From contig JBALDB010000024.1 of assembly GCA_036918135.1 (NCBI GenBank), positions 1-32,000 of the forward strand: a stretch of 32,000 nucleotides of DNA, read 5' to 3'. The notes under the pieces were generated by a model, which was given only the letters and a program-made list of their open reading frames with translations, had not been told where the DNA came from and ran no database searches. Made by a program: the position numbers and the translations under genes. Origin of the DNA: Nostoc sp. (lineage in GTDB: Bacteria; Cyanobacteriota; Cyanobacteriia; Cyanobacteriales; Nostocaceae). Shown here piece after piece: positions 1 through 10,023 of this stretch; within the stretch, counting starts at the first letter, position 1; each line of letters begins with the position of its first letter.

Positions 1-95
1 GATTTGTAATTCTACATCCATTGCCCTGCCTACCTGAAGAGAGTTTTTTCTTTTAATCCTTTTATTCAGAATACTCGGAAAGTGACAGAAAAGGG
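1..95 (-). mobile_element. Left end of an IS701-family element, with the first 7 transposase codons (MDVELQI, 21..1); runs off the window
   Basis: The minus strand reads CTTTTCTGTCACTTT..., resembling cyanobacterial IS701 termini, then ATG GAT GTA GAA TTA CAA ATC, which matches my recollection of the MDVELQILKHL start of cyanobacterial IS701 transposases. The IS630 reading frame breaks off at this point. Confidence 0.65.
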
Positions 96-503
96 CTATG
101 AACGTTTGCCGTTTCGACTCATCCCGTTCGAGGTAGCGAATGGTCTTTTTTTTCGCGTAAATCCAATTTTCTTCAGAGCTCGTGAGATTGTGCGTTAGCG
201 TAGCTCGCCGAAGGCATCGCTAATCTCACCCTGCCATAATTGCGCCATCTCCACCTGGGTTTTATCTCCATGAGTCAAGGCATTCGCCCGAAACTGCTCC
301 CAGTCTGTGATTTTATGGTTGTTGCCTCTTGGTCGGTTAAGCAATGCCCTTACATCTCCCGTTTGGGCTTTACGTTGCAACCACAGGTTGATCGTGTTGC
401 GGCTGATATTGAACAGTTCACTCGCTTCGCTTTTCTTGAGTCCATCTAACTCGATCGCTTGGATCACTTTCTGACGGAAGTCGTAACTGTAGGGTTTAGG
501 CAT
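96..503 (-). pseudogene. IS630 transposase pseudogene (ORF 195..503 ends early)
   Basis: MPKPYSYDFRQKVIQAI...TINLWL is an IS630 HTH N-terminus. Removing 195-215 restores EISDRTISRALKKIGFTRKK. The catalytic region is cut off by the IS701 insertion. Confidence 0.85.
195..215. repeat. 21-nt SDR5-like short dispersed repeat inserted in a HIP1 site
   Basis: GCG|TTAGCGTAGCTCGCCGAAGGC|ATCGC; the flanks rejoin to GCGATCGC. Confidence 0.85.
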
Positions 504-802
504 GGCAGAGCAGACGATAGCAGTTCACGATAACACCTTTAGTTTACGTCCTAACCATTCTGGCGGTTGCTATAGCTTACCTTACGGCTATAGCTTCCTA
601 AATTTAAGATTCCCAAAAGAATGGGTAAAAATACAAATGCTATTGGTTATTAATATGAATATTTGTTTCACAAAAAATACGCAGAGGATACATTCCTCTA
701 CGTATTAAGACGGTTAAATTGTTTTGCACAAATATAGGCTGTGGGGAGATGAGGAAAATTTCTAACTCCTCACTTCACAGTCACCAGTCAACCGTCAACA
801 CT

Positions 803-2719
803 TTACAACTTCGTCCCACACTCAGCACAGAAGTTATGTGTGGGAGCATTTTTTGCATCGCAATGGCTACAATAAACTGGCTCTGCTGGGGCTTTCGGCG
901 GTTGCTTAGGCAAACCAACCATTTGAGCATTGCTTTTGCCAGGGGCTACCATTGGATAGCAATTTTCGTCTCTGGTAACGTGGACATTCATAATTACCGG
1001 GCCGTTATGTGCCAGCATTTCGGCGATCGCATCTTTTAATTGACTGCGATCCTTAATTATCATGCCCTTAATCCCGTATGCTTTTGCCAATAACTCAATG
1101 TCTGGCATCCCGACTTCCATATTTGAGCATGAGTAACGTTCGCCATAGAAGGCTTGCTGCCACTGACGTACCATCCCTTGCCAACCATTGTTGATAATTA
1201 TGGTCTTGACATTGATACCATACTGTGACAATGTCCCAAGTTCTTGCAAACACATCTGGAAACTAGCATCACCGCTAATACAGATGACTTCTTCATCGGG
1301 AAAGGCGACTTTCGCGCCCATAGCCGCAGGTAAACCGAAACCCATCGTTCCTAAACCTGCGCTAGAAATCCAGCGTCTGGGCCCGTTTTTCAAAAATTGT
1401 GCTGCCCACATTTGATGTTGTCCGACATCTGTGGTGTAGAAAGCGTTGGGTGCTTGGCGACTGGCTTCTACGATTACTTCTTGAGGTGAAATGCTATCAG
1501 CATGGTGGGGTACTACTAGAGGATACTCTTCCCGCCAACGGTTAACTAAATTTAACCACTCTTGATTCTGATTTGGTGTAGCTTTGACGCCTAATTCTTT
1601 GCAGCGACGCAACAAGTCAATCAATACGTTTCGCACATCCCCGACGATGGGCACTTCGGGAACACGGTTTTTGCCGACTTCAGCCGGATCGATGTCGATG
1701 TGAATTACTTTGGCGCGGGAGGCGAATTCGTTTAATTTGCCTGTTACGCGATCGTCAAATCTCGCACCGACGCAAATTAACAAGTCACAATCACTCACAG
1801 CAAAGTTAGCGTAAGCAGTGCCATGCATTCCTAACATTCCCAAAGCCAAGGGATGATGTTCGTCAAAAGCACCGATTCCCATTAAGGTTGTAGTGACAGG
1901 GATATTGAATAACTCAGCTAATTGCTTGACTTCTTCATGGGCACTAGCGGCGATCGCGCCACCACCTACATACAGTAGCGGACGGCGACTTTCAGTAATT
2001 AACCCAATTGCTGCCTGAATTTGTCGAGGATTTCCCTTGACTGTCGGACGATAACCGCGTAACTTCACTGAACCTGGTTTTACAGGTACATAGTCAAATT
2101 CTTCTAAAGCTACATCCTTGGGCACATCAATCAAAACTGGCCCTGGACGCCCCGTGCTAGCGATATGAAAGGCTTCAGCGACAATTCGCGCCATATCTTT
2201 GGGATCGCGCACTACATAGGAGTGCTTGACAATTGGTAAGGTAATCCCATAGATATCAGTTTCTTGAAACGCATCTGTACCGATCGCTGGACGTGAGACC
2301 TGTCCGGTGACTACAATCATCGGGATCGAATCCATGTAGGCTGTAGCGATCCCCGTCACCAAGTTAGTTGCTCCAGGACCAGAAGTACCAAAGCATACTC
2401 CTACCTTACCTGTGGCACGTGCGTAACCGTCGGCAGCGTGGGCTGCTCCTTGTTCGTGTCTCACTAAAATGTGCTTAATCGCACCAGTGGCTTCCACCTT
2501 GTACAGGTCATCGTAAATCGGTAGAATCGCCCCACCAGGATAACCAAAAATATAATCAACGCCGTGGCGATGAAGACTATCAAGCAGAGCAAAACCGCCA
2601 GATGCACGTTTGGGCACGACTGGCAAGTTATTACGGGACTGTTGGTGATTCTCGGTTTGTGGGATAGTAATTTGGGAAGGCAATTCTCCCACGGAGACAC
2701 TTTGTGAACGCACGTTCAA
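803..2719 (-). CDS. ilvB: Acetolactate synthase large subunit, with C-terminal zinc ribbon
   Basis: [39 protein letters not shown], ThDP motif GDASFQM...NN, C-terminal CxxC...CxxC. Start codon (TTG) uncertain. Confidence 0.95.
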   Translation of the reverse strand: MNVRSQSVSVGELPSQITIPQTENHQQSRNNLPVVPKRASGGFALLDSLHRHGVDYIFGYPGGAILPIYDDLYKVEATGAIKHILVRHEQGAAHAADGYARATGKVGVCFGTSGPGATNLVTGIATAYMDSIPMIVVTGQVSRPAIGTDAFQETDIYGITLPIVKHSYVVRDPKDMARIVAEAFHIASTGRPGPVLIDVPKDVALEEFDYVPVKPGSVKLRGYRPTVKGNPRQIQAAIGLITESRRPLLYVGGGAIAASAHEEVKQLAELFNIPVTTTLMGIGAFDEHHPLALGMLGMHGTAYANFAVSDCDLLICVGARFDDRVTGKLNEFASRAKVIHIDIDPAEVGKNRVPEVPIVGDVRNVLIDLLRRCKELGVKATPNQNQEWLNLVNRWREEYPLVVPHHADSISPQEVIVEASRQAPNAFYTTDVGQHQMWAAQFLKNGPRRWISSAGLGTMGFGLPAAMGAKVAFPDEEVICISGDASFQMCLQELGTLSQYGINVKTIIINNGWQGMVRQWQQAFYGERYSCSNMEVGMPDIELLAKAYGIKGMIIKDRSQLKDAIAEMLAHNGPVIMNVHVTRDENCYPMVAPGKSNAQMVGLPKQPPKAPAEPVYCSHCDAKNAPTHNFCAECGTKL

Positions 2720-2842
2720 ACCTCAGACTATAGCTAAAGTTAATGCTGACTTCTGTAGTTAAGATTTCATTTTAATAGAAAACTTCAATTAAATCCCGAT
2801 TATTTTATAGATTTAAAATAAAACCAGACTATTCGCCTAGAG

Positions 2843-2946
2843 TTAGGGACTGACAAATAAAAAATATCTCACTGTTCACACTTAACACTCAACAGTCATC
2901 AGTTATCACCTTCAAAAAAGATAATTTATTTCTTAAAGTTCCCTTA
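2843..2946. repeat. MITE-like element with imperfect terminal inverted repeats and a heptamer-rich interior
   Basis: TAGGGACTGACAAATAAAAAATATC ... GATAATTTATTTCTTAAAGTTCCCTTA; the right end overlaps the MFS stop codon. Confidence 0.5.
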
Positions 2947-4206
2947 AATTACGTCTTGCAAGACTCTGCGGGTGTTTTGCCAAGCCCAAATACCCACAAC
3001 TACCACAACAATACTCATGATTACAAGTACTGTTCTTAATCCCAAGGCATCAGTTAATGGCCCAGCAATCGCCAAGGGTACCGATAAAGCGATGTTGAGA
3101 GCATGATTTTGAAAGCCAAATACTTTACCATGCATTGTCGGTGGAGTTTGCTGTTGAATTAAAGTTTGCATCGGCACACCAATAAAGGCAGCACCGATAC
3201 CCAAAATTGCACACAGACCAAGCGCTAGTAATAAGTTATGTATAAAAGTAAACACTCCTAAAACGAGAGCTATCATCAAAAATCCAATTAAAGGTAATGG
3301 CTTGCGGTGCAATTTATCGCCCCAGTTACCTAAAATTGCCGCACCCGATACCATACCCACCCCAGCTGCTGCTAAGAAAAAGCCAAACTGTTTTTCTTTG
3401 AGACCAAACTCTTCGGCTAATCGAATCGTCAACACGGTTAAGGCTGCAAACACACAATATAAGGTTGTTAGTTGCAGCATAGCATTCAAGACCAAACGGT
3501 TTTTCTTGAGATAGCGTAGACTTGCGGTAAATTCAGCCCAAGGGTGATTTTCGTTTCGATGTTCCCTTGGCGGTTTATGTTCTTTAAACTTTATTGGCTG
3601 CATAATCGCAGCTGATAAGATGTATAATCCTGCAACCACAAGCTCTTGACCGTATTTTTCTCCCATTAAGCTTTTTGCAAAACTCAAAATCGGCTCTCCG
3701 ATCGCAAAGCCAACAATTAAAGCTCCCATCATCGTGCTGCTGAAAAGCGCATTAGCTGCCAATAAATTTTCTCGCTTCACCAACAAGGGAATGGCTGCTT
3801 GCTCGGCTGGTGCAAAAAACTGCGTTACTGTAGAAATCGCAAAAGTTATAATTAACAGAATTAGAAATTCTCGTGGCAAAAAGGGAAGACACAGCGTTAA
3901 CAGCCCACGCACGACATCGGAGCCGACCATAATCAGCTTTTTTGGCAGACGGTCAACAAAGATGCCACCAGCAGAACCAAACAAAATCGCTGGTATTGTA
4001 AACGACAGCATCAAAGTTGAATACATTGAGTTTTGTGCCAACCCAGGAAGCGGTGAGTAGTTCTCCAAAAGAGCGATCATCAAAACAAAGAAGACTTTAT
4101 CCGCTAACTGGGACACTATTTGCCCAATCCACAAGAGCATAAAATTACGGTTTTTTAGCAGTGCGCTAAACCCGTTATTAACAGCAGCAGGTTCTGTTGG
4201 AAACAT
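2944..4206 (-). CDS. MFS transporter (DHA3/MFS_3-like)
   Basis: About 12 hydrophobic segments; NRNFMLLWIGQIVSQLAD; motif A GIFVDRLPKK; QQQTPPTMHGKVFG. Confidence 0.9.
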   Translation of the reverse strand: MFPTEPAAVNNGFSALLKNRNFMLLWIGQIVSQLADKVFFVLMIALLENYSPLPGLAQNSMYSTLMLSFTIPAILFGSAGGIFVDRLPKKLIMVGSDVVRGLLTLCLPFLPREFLILLIITFAISTVTQFFAPAEQAAIPLLVKRENLLAANALFSSTMMGALIVGFAIGEPILSFAKSLMGEKYGQELVVAGLYILSAAIMQPIKFKEHKPPREHRNENHPWAEFTASLRYLKKNRLVLNAMLQLTTLYCVFAALTVLTIRLAEEFGLKEKQFGFFLAAAGVGMVSGAAILGNWGDKLHRKPLPLIGFLMIALVLGVFTFIHNLLLALGLCAILGIGAAFIGVPMQTLIQQQTPPTMHGKVFGFQNHALNIALSVPLAIAGPLTDALGLRTVLVIMSIVVVVVGIWAWQNTRRVLQDVI

Positions 4207-4221
4207 CAGTTACTTTAGGAT

Positions 4222-4355
4222 AGATGGGGCATGGGGCATAGGACATGGGGTATCTAGGAGGATGAGGTGGTCGGGTGATGGGCGTAATTTCACCCCATCT
4301 TCCAGTTAGTGAGTTTCGACTACCGCGAAGTCGAACCACATCCCCCTCATCCTCA
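4222..4355. repeat. STRR heptamer tract (GGGCATG-like) plus SDR1-like fragment
   Basis: ATGGGGCATGGGGCATAGGACATGGGG; GTGAG...CGAAGTCGAACC. Confidence 0.6.
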
Positions 4356-4390
4356 TTCTTAACTCCTACTTACTTAGTTCGTTGTCCGGA

Positions 4391-4960
4391 TTAATTTGCT
4401 TCATAGCGTTTTAACAGCATACGCAAAAATTCGGCTGCACTGAGATGACCTTTGGGGGGAAAAATTCCAATGGATGAATCTACCCACCAACCTTGTACAG
4501 TTTCGGGCGATCGCCAAATGGATAAATGCTCGACAGATGGTTGTGCATAAAAGTTATTTTGCCCACCACCTAGCAAACTAGAACTCCAATGAGTGAAATA
4601 ATCATGACTGATCCGATGAATCGGGAAATTACCCTGTAGTGGCACTCCCCATCCATCTATAGCAATAAACGCTTTCACACGACCACCCAAGTGTTGCCAC
4701 AAATGCGCCGCCCCTATTGCCCCGACGACGCCAGCACTAAAGCTAATGAATATCAGTGGCGATTCAACAGAGTTATTGAGGCGAGCGCGCAAAAACTCCA
4801 AAATGTGCAAAGCTGATAAACTCAATAAATCCTTGCCTGGAAAAACCAGTATCTTAGCTCGATTTTCGTCTATTGAGCCATCAGAAGTATCTAATAATCC
4901 CGATACAAAGGATTCAGTCAAGGCGCGATCGTGGATTCCAGGGCAAATTATTATGAGCAT
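4391..4960 (-). CDS. Hypothetical protein, alpha/beta-hydrolase-like
   Basis: Nucleophile-elbow-like IFISFSAGVVGA, IAIDGWG, N-terminal IIICPGIH. Confidence 0.75.
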   Translation of the reverse strand: MLIIICPGIHDRALTESFVSGLLDTSDGSIDENRAKILVFPGKDLLSLSALHILEFLRARLNNSVESPLIFISFSAGVVGAIGAAHLWQHLGGRVKAFIAIDGWGVPLQGNFPIHRISHDYFTHWSSSLLGGGQNNFYAQPSVEHLSIWRSPETVQGWWVDSSIGIFPPKGHLSAAEFLRMLLKRYEAN

Positions 4961-5037
4961 GGGACATCCCTTCAGCTACTTCGACTTCGCTCAGTACAAG
5001 TTCGCTCACGGCAAGTGGACATGGGACATCAGGCATT
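4961..5037. repeat. Nested SDR1-like repeats inside an STRR tract
   Basis: ACTTCGACTTCGCTCAGTACAAGT lies inside CCCTTC...TCGCTCACGGCAAGT, flanked by GGGACAT heptamers. Confidence 0.6.
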
Positions 5038-5249
5038 GTAAAAGAAATCTTTGCGCCTGCACAGTTATCGATTTATATGGTGCTAGCAGCTTTTAGTATT
5101 AATCGCTGAAATCTGCGAGCGGTGTCTCATATTTTACCTTATTTTTACTGAAAAATTTATAGCTACTTCAGATATCTTTCCGAAGGAATACTATTTAAAA
5201 ACCTGTTAATTTAGATTATAAATAATTTTTAATTATTTTAATAAATTCA

Positions 5250-5807
5250 ATGTTTGTTTATCTAATTGCATTGATAATTATACTATTAATTTATTTTATT
5301 ATTTTATACAATAGTTTGATTCAGAAAAAGCATCAAGTCGATAATGCATTTTCTTGCGTGGATGTGATTCTGCAAAAAAGAAGCGATTTGATACCTAAAC
5401 TTGTTACTTTGGCTCAAATATATATGCAATTTGAGCAACAGATATTAATAGAAATTAGCAGGCTTATAAGTAGAGCAACTTCAAAAAAATTAAGCGATAA
5501 CAGCCGAGTTGCTATTGAAGATCAAATCTCAATAATGTTAAGCAAAGTTATAGTAATAGTAGAAGCACATCCAGAATTAAAAACAAATAACCATTTTATC
5601 CAACTACAATATTCATTGAGTGAAGTAGAAGAACAACTTTCTGCGGCTAGAAGATTTTATAATTCTGCCGTAACTGAATATAATAATGCCGTAGAAATGT
5701 TTCCAACAAATATTATAGCTTCGTCGATGCAATATAAATTAAAATTGCAATTTCAGGCTAATCCACAAGCAAGAAACAATACAAATATTAAAATAGATAA
5801 TAAGTAA
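5250..5807 (+). CDS. lemA: LemA family protein
   Basis: N-terminal TM then YNSL; LQKRSDLIPKLV; EAHPELK; EEQLSAARRFYNSAVTEYN; FPTNIIA. Confidence 0.9.
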   Translation: MFVYLIALIIILLIYFIILYNSLIQKKHQVDNAFSCVDVILQKRSDLIPKLVTLAQIYMQFEQQILIEISRLISRATSKKLSDNSRVAIEDQISIMLSKVIVIVEAHPELKTNNHFIQLQYSLSEVEEQLSAARRFYNSAVTEYNNAVEMFPTNIIASSMQYKLKLQFQANPQARNNTNIKIDNK

Positions 5808-5817
5808 AATTTCAATC

Positions 5818-7787
5818 ATGTCACAATTTAATTCTGCACGCGACCGGGAATTATTAAATGAAATAGCTAAATTATTAAAATATAAAAAATACTATAATTT
5901 AGCACTTCAAGAATTGGAGATTTTCTTTCAAAAGAATATAGAAACCAACAGTAAAGAATATTTATATGCACGAGTATTACTTTTAGACGCATACCTCTAC
6001 AATGGATACTCTGATAAGGCAATTGGTTTATGCCAAGAATTGAGCAGGAGTAAACATCAAACGACTCAAATATTAGCACAGTACTATCTTACCGAAATAT
6101 TTCTTGAAACTAAAACTATAGAACAAAAATCATCACTAAATATAAGTAAAAGTTTGCTCATCCCTGCACAAGCGGCTGAACTTTTAAATACTGGGTATGA
6201 AGCTATGACTAAAAAACGCTATCAAGAAGCAATTCGAGCATTTAAAATTTTTTTTCAAGCTGCTTCTCCGGCTACAAAACAATATTTACAAGCACAGAAA
6301 TGGCTAATAAAAGCATATCAAGAAAATGAAGAAATTAATCAGGCGATCGCTCTTTGTCAAAAACTCCTGATTCATGAACACGAAGCAACAAGAAAATGGG
6401 CTAGACAACTGTTATTTACAGACCTATTTATAGATGATCTCAATCTCAATGTATCTGCGACTTCACTAAACCCCAATGAATCAGAAATTAAGCCACAATC
6501 ACCAAGCAAAATCTTGCCAGGAGAACCCGAACCAGCTATTGTAAAATTTACACCAAAAACATTAAAGGAATTCAAAGTATTTTGTCAGACAAATTTATTG
6601 AGTGAATTAAAAGTATTTGAATCTCTTAGAAAACAAGTTTTAATATCTATTTTTACTACTCATCTACTTTTTTTATATCTTGTAATTGCACTACTTAAGC
6701 TTTTTCCGGTTGTATCTTATTTTTTGAAAAATCCTACGTATTTTCAAATTGGCTCTAGTATAATATCTATACCATTTTTGTTTATATTTTTCTTGTTTTA
6801 TTATTTATTAGTTTTTTTATTACTTTTTGGAGTTTGGATATTTTTTATGCCGCAGCATTTGAAACATTTTTTACAGGTTTTAAATATAAAATTTCTGAAC
6901 AAATATTGAGTTATGTAAATTCAAATAAAGATTTAAAATATGTAATAAATTCTTCTGAAAAAGATATAAAAAATAGCCTAGAGTTTTTTCAAAATAGCCA
7001 ATTATTTCAAGGAATTATCATCCCGAACAAAATTGTCCAAGATGATTATATTCATGGTAGGATAAATGGTGTTGATATCTGGTTTTCAAATATTTGTGCA
7101 GAATTAGAACTAAAGCATTATTGGAATAATTATTTAAACATTACCTTTTTTATTAATTTGAGAAATGCACCCATAATGATCTCGTACTTTTCAAGTTTTT
7201 TATTACCGTTCACATTTTATATTTGTTTTGTAATTGTCCGATTAATTAAATTAATTCCATACATATTTAAGAATATTTTATGTGGTAAAGCTATAGAATC
7301 CAAAAGAATTGAATCTGAAGTCTTAAAAAATGAAGCCACTCGTACAAGTTTAATATTTAAAGGTTTATTTTTTCAAGCTAAATTTAACAAAAATCTCCGA
7401 ACTGTCACAATTGTACAGCCAAAAGTTATCAATGCTAATATTCATGCTCTTAATCATGCTAAAAAACAGACAATTAAATTAGAAGATCCAGAATTTGCTA
7501 AATTGTTCACTGTTTATGGTGATGACCAAATAGAAGCACGTTATGTCTTATCTACTAGTTTAATGGATAAAATAGTTAATTTTCGTAAGAAAACCAATAG
7601 AAATATTTATATTTCCTTTGTTGATGACATGATATATATAGCCATTGAAGAAGCGGTAGCAAATAATATATTTGAACCTAATCTATATAAAAGTATGTTA
7701 AGCTTTGCGCCTTTAAGAGAATATTTTGAAACTCTCAACTTGATGCTGGGAATTGTTGAAGACTTAAATCTTGATAGGCAGATTTAG
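5818..7787 (+). pseudogene. TPR-repeat plus DUF3137-like membrane protein, split by a frameshift (ORFs 5818..6909 and 6834..7787)
   Basis: Two TPR-like repeats (AIGLCQEL, AIALCQKL) and TM helices in ORF1; FKGLFF...KLEDPEFAKLFTVYGDDQIEARYVLS in ORF2. One extra T in the T6 run at 6841-6846 gives ...GVWIFFYAAAFETF.... Confidence 0.75.
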
Positions 7788-8054
7788 CAAAAAGCTGAAC
7801 CAAATTAACTTTACAGAGAAAGCAGATTTTCGGCATTTTAATTGCTTTCGCTACTCCAGCGATATGTAAGATGGCGCATTGGTTCAATTTTTTATACCCA
7901 ATGCCCCACATAAGTATTACTTTTGATATATTATTCTGATTTTTACAGCAATCCTATCCCCCCGGATGGGATAATAATTAATTAGTAGGGAAAATGTTTA
8001 AGCTATTCCCTAAGTTTAAATTCTCTGCACTCTGGTTATATTAAGGAAGTTATT

Positions 8055-9170
8055 GTGGTTGCAACGCCGGAAAAACTACAACATACTCACGAGCAATTAT
8101 CAGGTAAAGACCGTGTAGCCGTATTGCTGATGGGCTACGGCGAAGTCGAAAGCTACGAAGATTTCGCCAACTATAACGAACAGGCTTTAAATCTACTGAC
8201 AGCAAAATTCGCACCGGTGCCAACCTGGATTTATCCGCCTCTGGCACGACTTTTGGCACTATTTGACCGCCATGAGTGGGGACACACACACCACGATTTT
8301 ATCTCTCCACACAACGCCATCTTCGAGCAGCAGCGTGCTGGAATTGAGAAGCATTTACAAGAAAAATGGGGCAATAATGTCCAAGTTTTCAAAGCTTTCA
8401 ACTTTTGTGCCCCTTTCTTGCCTAAACAAGTTTTAGCAGAAATCAAAAACCAAGGCTTTGATAAGCTGCTAATTTATCCACTGCTGGTTGTTGATTCTAT
8501 TTTTACTAGTGGAATTGCGATCGAGCAAGTTAACAATGCTCTTACTGAGTTAGTTGATGGTGAAGAACACTGGGTTAAAGGACAGCGCTATATTCCTTCT
8601 TTTTTCAACGAACCAGCATACATCGATTTGATGGCTCATTTAGTTGAGGAAAAAATCACCGCTGATTTAGCAGTAGCTTACCTACCTTCTCAAATCGGTA
8701 TTGTGCTAATGAATCATGGTTGTCCGCACAAAGCCAAAGGATTTACCTCTGGAATTACCGAAAGTCAGGCGCTATACGATTTGGTAAGGGATAAGTTGAT
8801 TAACCGCTATCCTTTAATCTCGGTAGGTTGGCTGAATCATGACACACCTCTAATCGAATGGACACAGCCGAATGCACAACAAGCAGCAAGTAACCTAATT
8901 CAATTAGGTGCAAAAATAGTGGTATTTATGCCAATAGGCTTTGCGACAGAAAACCACGAAACTTTATTAGATGTACACCATATTATCCATGCTTTGGAAA
9001 AACAGCATCCTGGTACTAACTACATACAAATGGCTTGCGTCAACGACCATCCAGAATTCTTAGCGATGGCCGCCCAATGGGCTGATGCTCATATTGTACA
9101 GTTATTGTCAGAGCAAACTTTGGCAGTTAATTCCCAACTAGCTGACCATCACCATCACCATCACCATTAA
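8055..9170 (+). CDS. Ferrochelatase-family protein (HemH-like paralog, no CAB domain, His7 tail)
   Basis: VAVLLMGYG, YPL...SIFTSG, MNHG, EWTQP, PIGFATENHETL; ends DHHHHHHH. GTG start. Confidence 0.85.
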   Translation: MVATPEKLQHTHEQLSGKDRVAVLLMGYGEVESYEDFANYNEQALNLLTAKFAPVPTWIYPPLARLLALFDRHEWGHTHHDFISPHNAIFEQQRAGIEKHLQEKWGNNVQVFKAFNFCAPFLPKQVLAEIKNQGFDKLLIYPLLVVDSIFTSGIAIEQVNNALTELVDGEEHWVKGQRYIPSFFNEPAYIDLMAHLVEEKITADLAVAYLPSQIGIVLMNHGCPHKAKGFTSGITESQALYDLVRDKLINRYPLISVGWLNHDTPLIEWTQPNAQQAASNLIQLGAKIVVFMPIGFATENHETLLDVHHIIHALEKQHPGTNYIQMACVNDHPEFLAMAAQWADAHIVQLLSEQTLAVNSQLADHHHHHHH

Positions 9171-9185
9171 GTTTAGTTTTTTAGT

Positions 9186-9205
9186 GTGGGCAAAGCTTTG
9201 CCCAC
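9186..9205. terminator. Perfect 20-bp palindrome (REP-like or terminator) after the chelatase gene
   Basis: GTGGGCAAAGCTTTGCCCAC. Confidence 0.6.
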
Positions 9206-9458
9206 TCCAAATTTAGGGTTAGTTTCAAGCATAAATGTAATTCAAATTTTGTCTATAGCAGCGTTGCAGATGCTCCTCAAACTTTAATTTTCCTCTGCAC
9301 TACGGCACTATGACATACAATTATTTTTTTATTTATATTTATTTTAAGTAAAATTCTGTTTTACTCAGTATTAACACTCAGGTTAATCATAATAGATAAA
9401 GTTATTGTGTAACCAGTAATATCACATTCACTAGCTGTTAAAAGATTACATGCTCTTG

Positions 9459-9693
9459 ATATCAAAACCCAGGTAATCACTTATAATTAAAATTTTTGTG
9501 CGTCAAAGTATCTACTGAAGTTCTGATGCCTGTCTTGAAAAGTGACGCTCCTGCGTCGCTAACACTGCGCTAACAGAGCGGAGCAAACCTCTGCTCTGAC
9601 TTTTCGCTACGGTGGCTGCGCCAATGGTAAAAGCCGCCCTCAGACTTCTCTTTGCGTCAGCCCTAATCATAAGTCTTTAACTGGGCATGATAT
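9459..9693. mobile_element. Degenerate MITE-like element carrying nested short repeats
   Basis: Imperfect TIRs ATATCAAAACCCAGGTAATCACTTAT (9459-9484) and ATAAGTCTTTAACTGGGCATGATAT (9669-9693); GC-rich interior with the hairpin CAGAGCGGAG-CAAAC-CTCTGCTCTG. Confidence 0.4.
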
Positions 9694-10023
9694 GACTGGT
9701 CACACAGTAATAATTTTTAGCAGCTTTCGGCATTAATTATCTCATACTAATTTTCTAGAAAGATGCGCCAAAATCTAAACTAATGGCAATGAAACTGTAG
9801 ACCGATACAAAGTATCAAAAGGTTGTAAATAACACTATCAGTTCGCCACCTGAGTGTGTATCCAAAAGGATTTATTGGCGAAATATTTGCTGGAGACGGC
9901 AGTAATTTTAAGTAAAAAATAGGGGTGCTGTATCTAACAGTAGCCTACATTTTTATGGAATTAATCTACTGTTTTCCTTGTTCTTTTAATTACAATTAAA
10001 CCCTGAGTCAGAAGGATTCACAC

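Larger units (their letters stand above)
96..572 (-). mobile_element. IS630-family element (left end plus disrupted transposase)
   Basis: IS630 HTH ORF; terminus TATAGCAACCGCCAGAATGGTTAGGAC on the minus strand at about 574-548; A8 slippage run (T8 at 146-153) followed in the -1 frame by KTIRYLERDESKRQTF. Confidence 0.8.

Noticed and set aside
240..5096. Plus-strand ORFs such as 240..449, 502..708, 719..1039, 1188..1415, 3302..3514, 3734..4060 and 4746..5096
   Set aside because: Antisense shadows of well-supported genes or spanning IS ends; no recognisable motifs.
9147..9167. His tract as an engineered tag or vector contamination
   Set aside because: No linker or vector sequence, and the genomic context is continuous.
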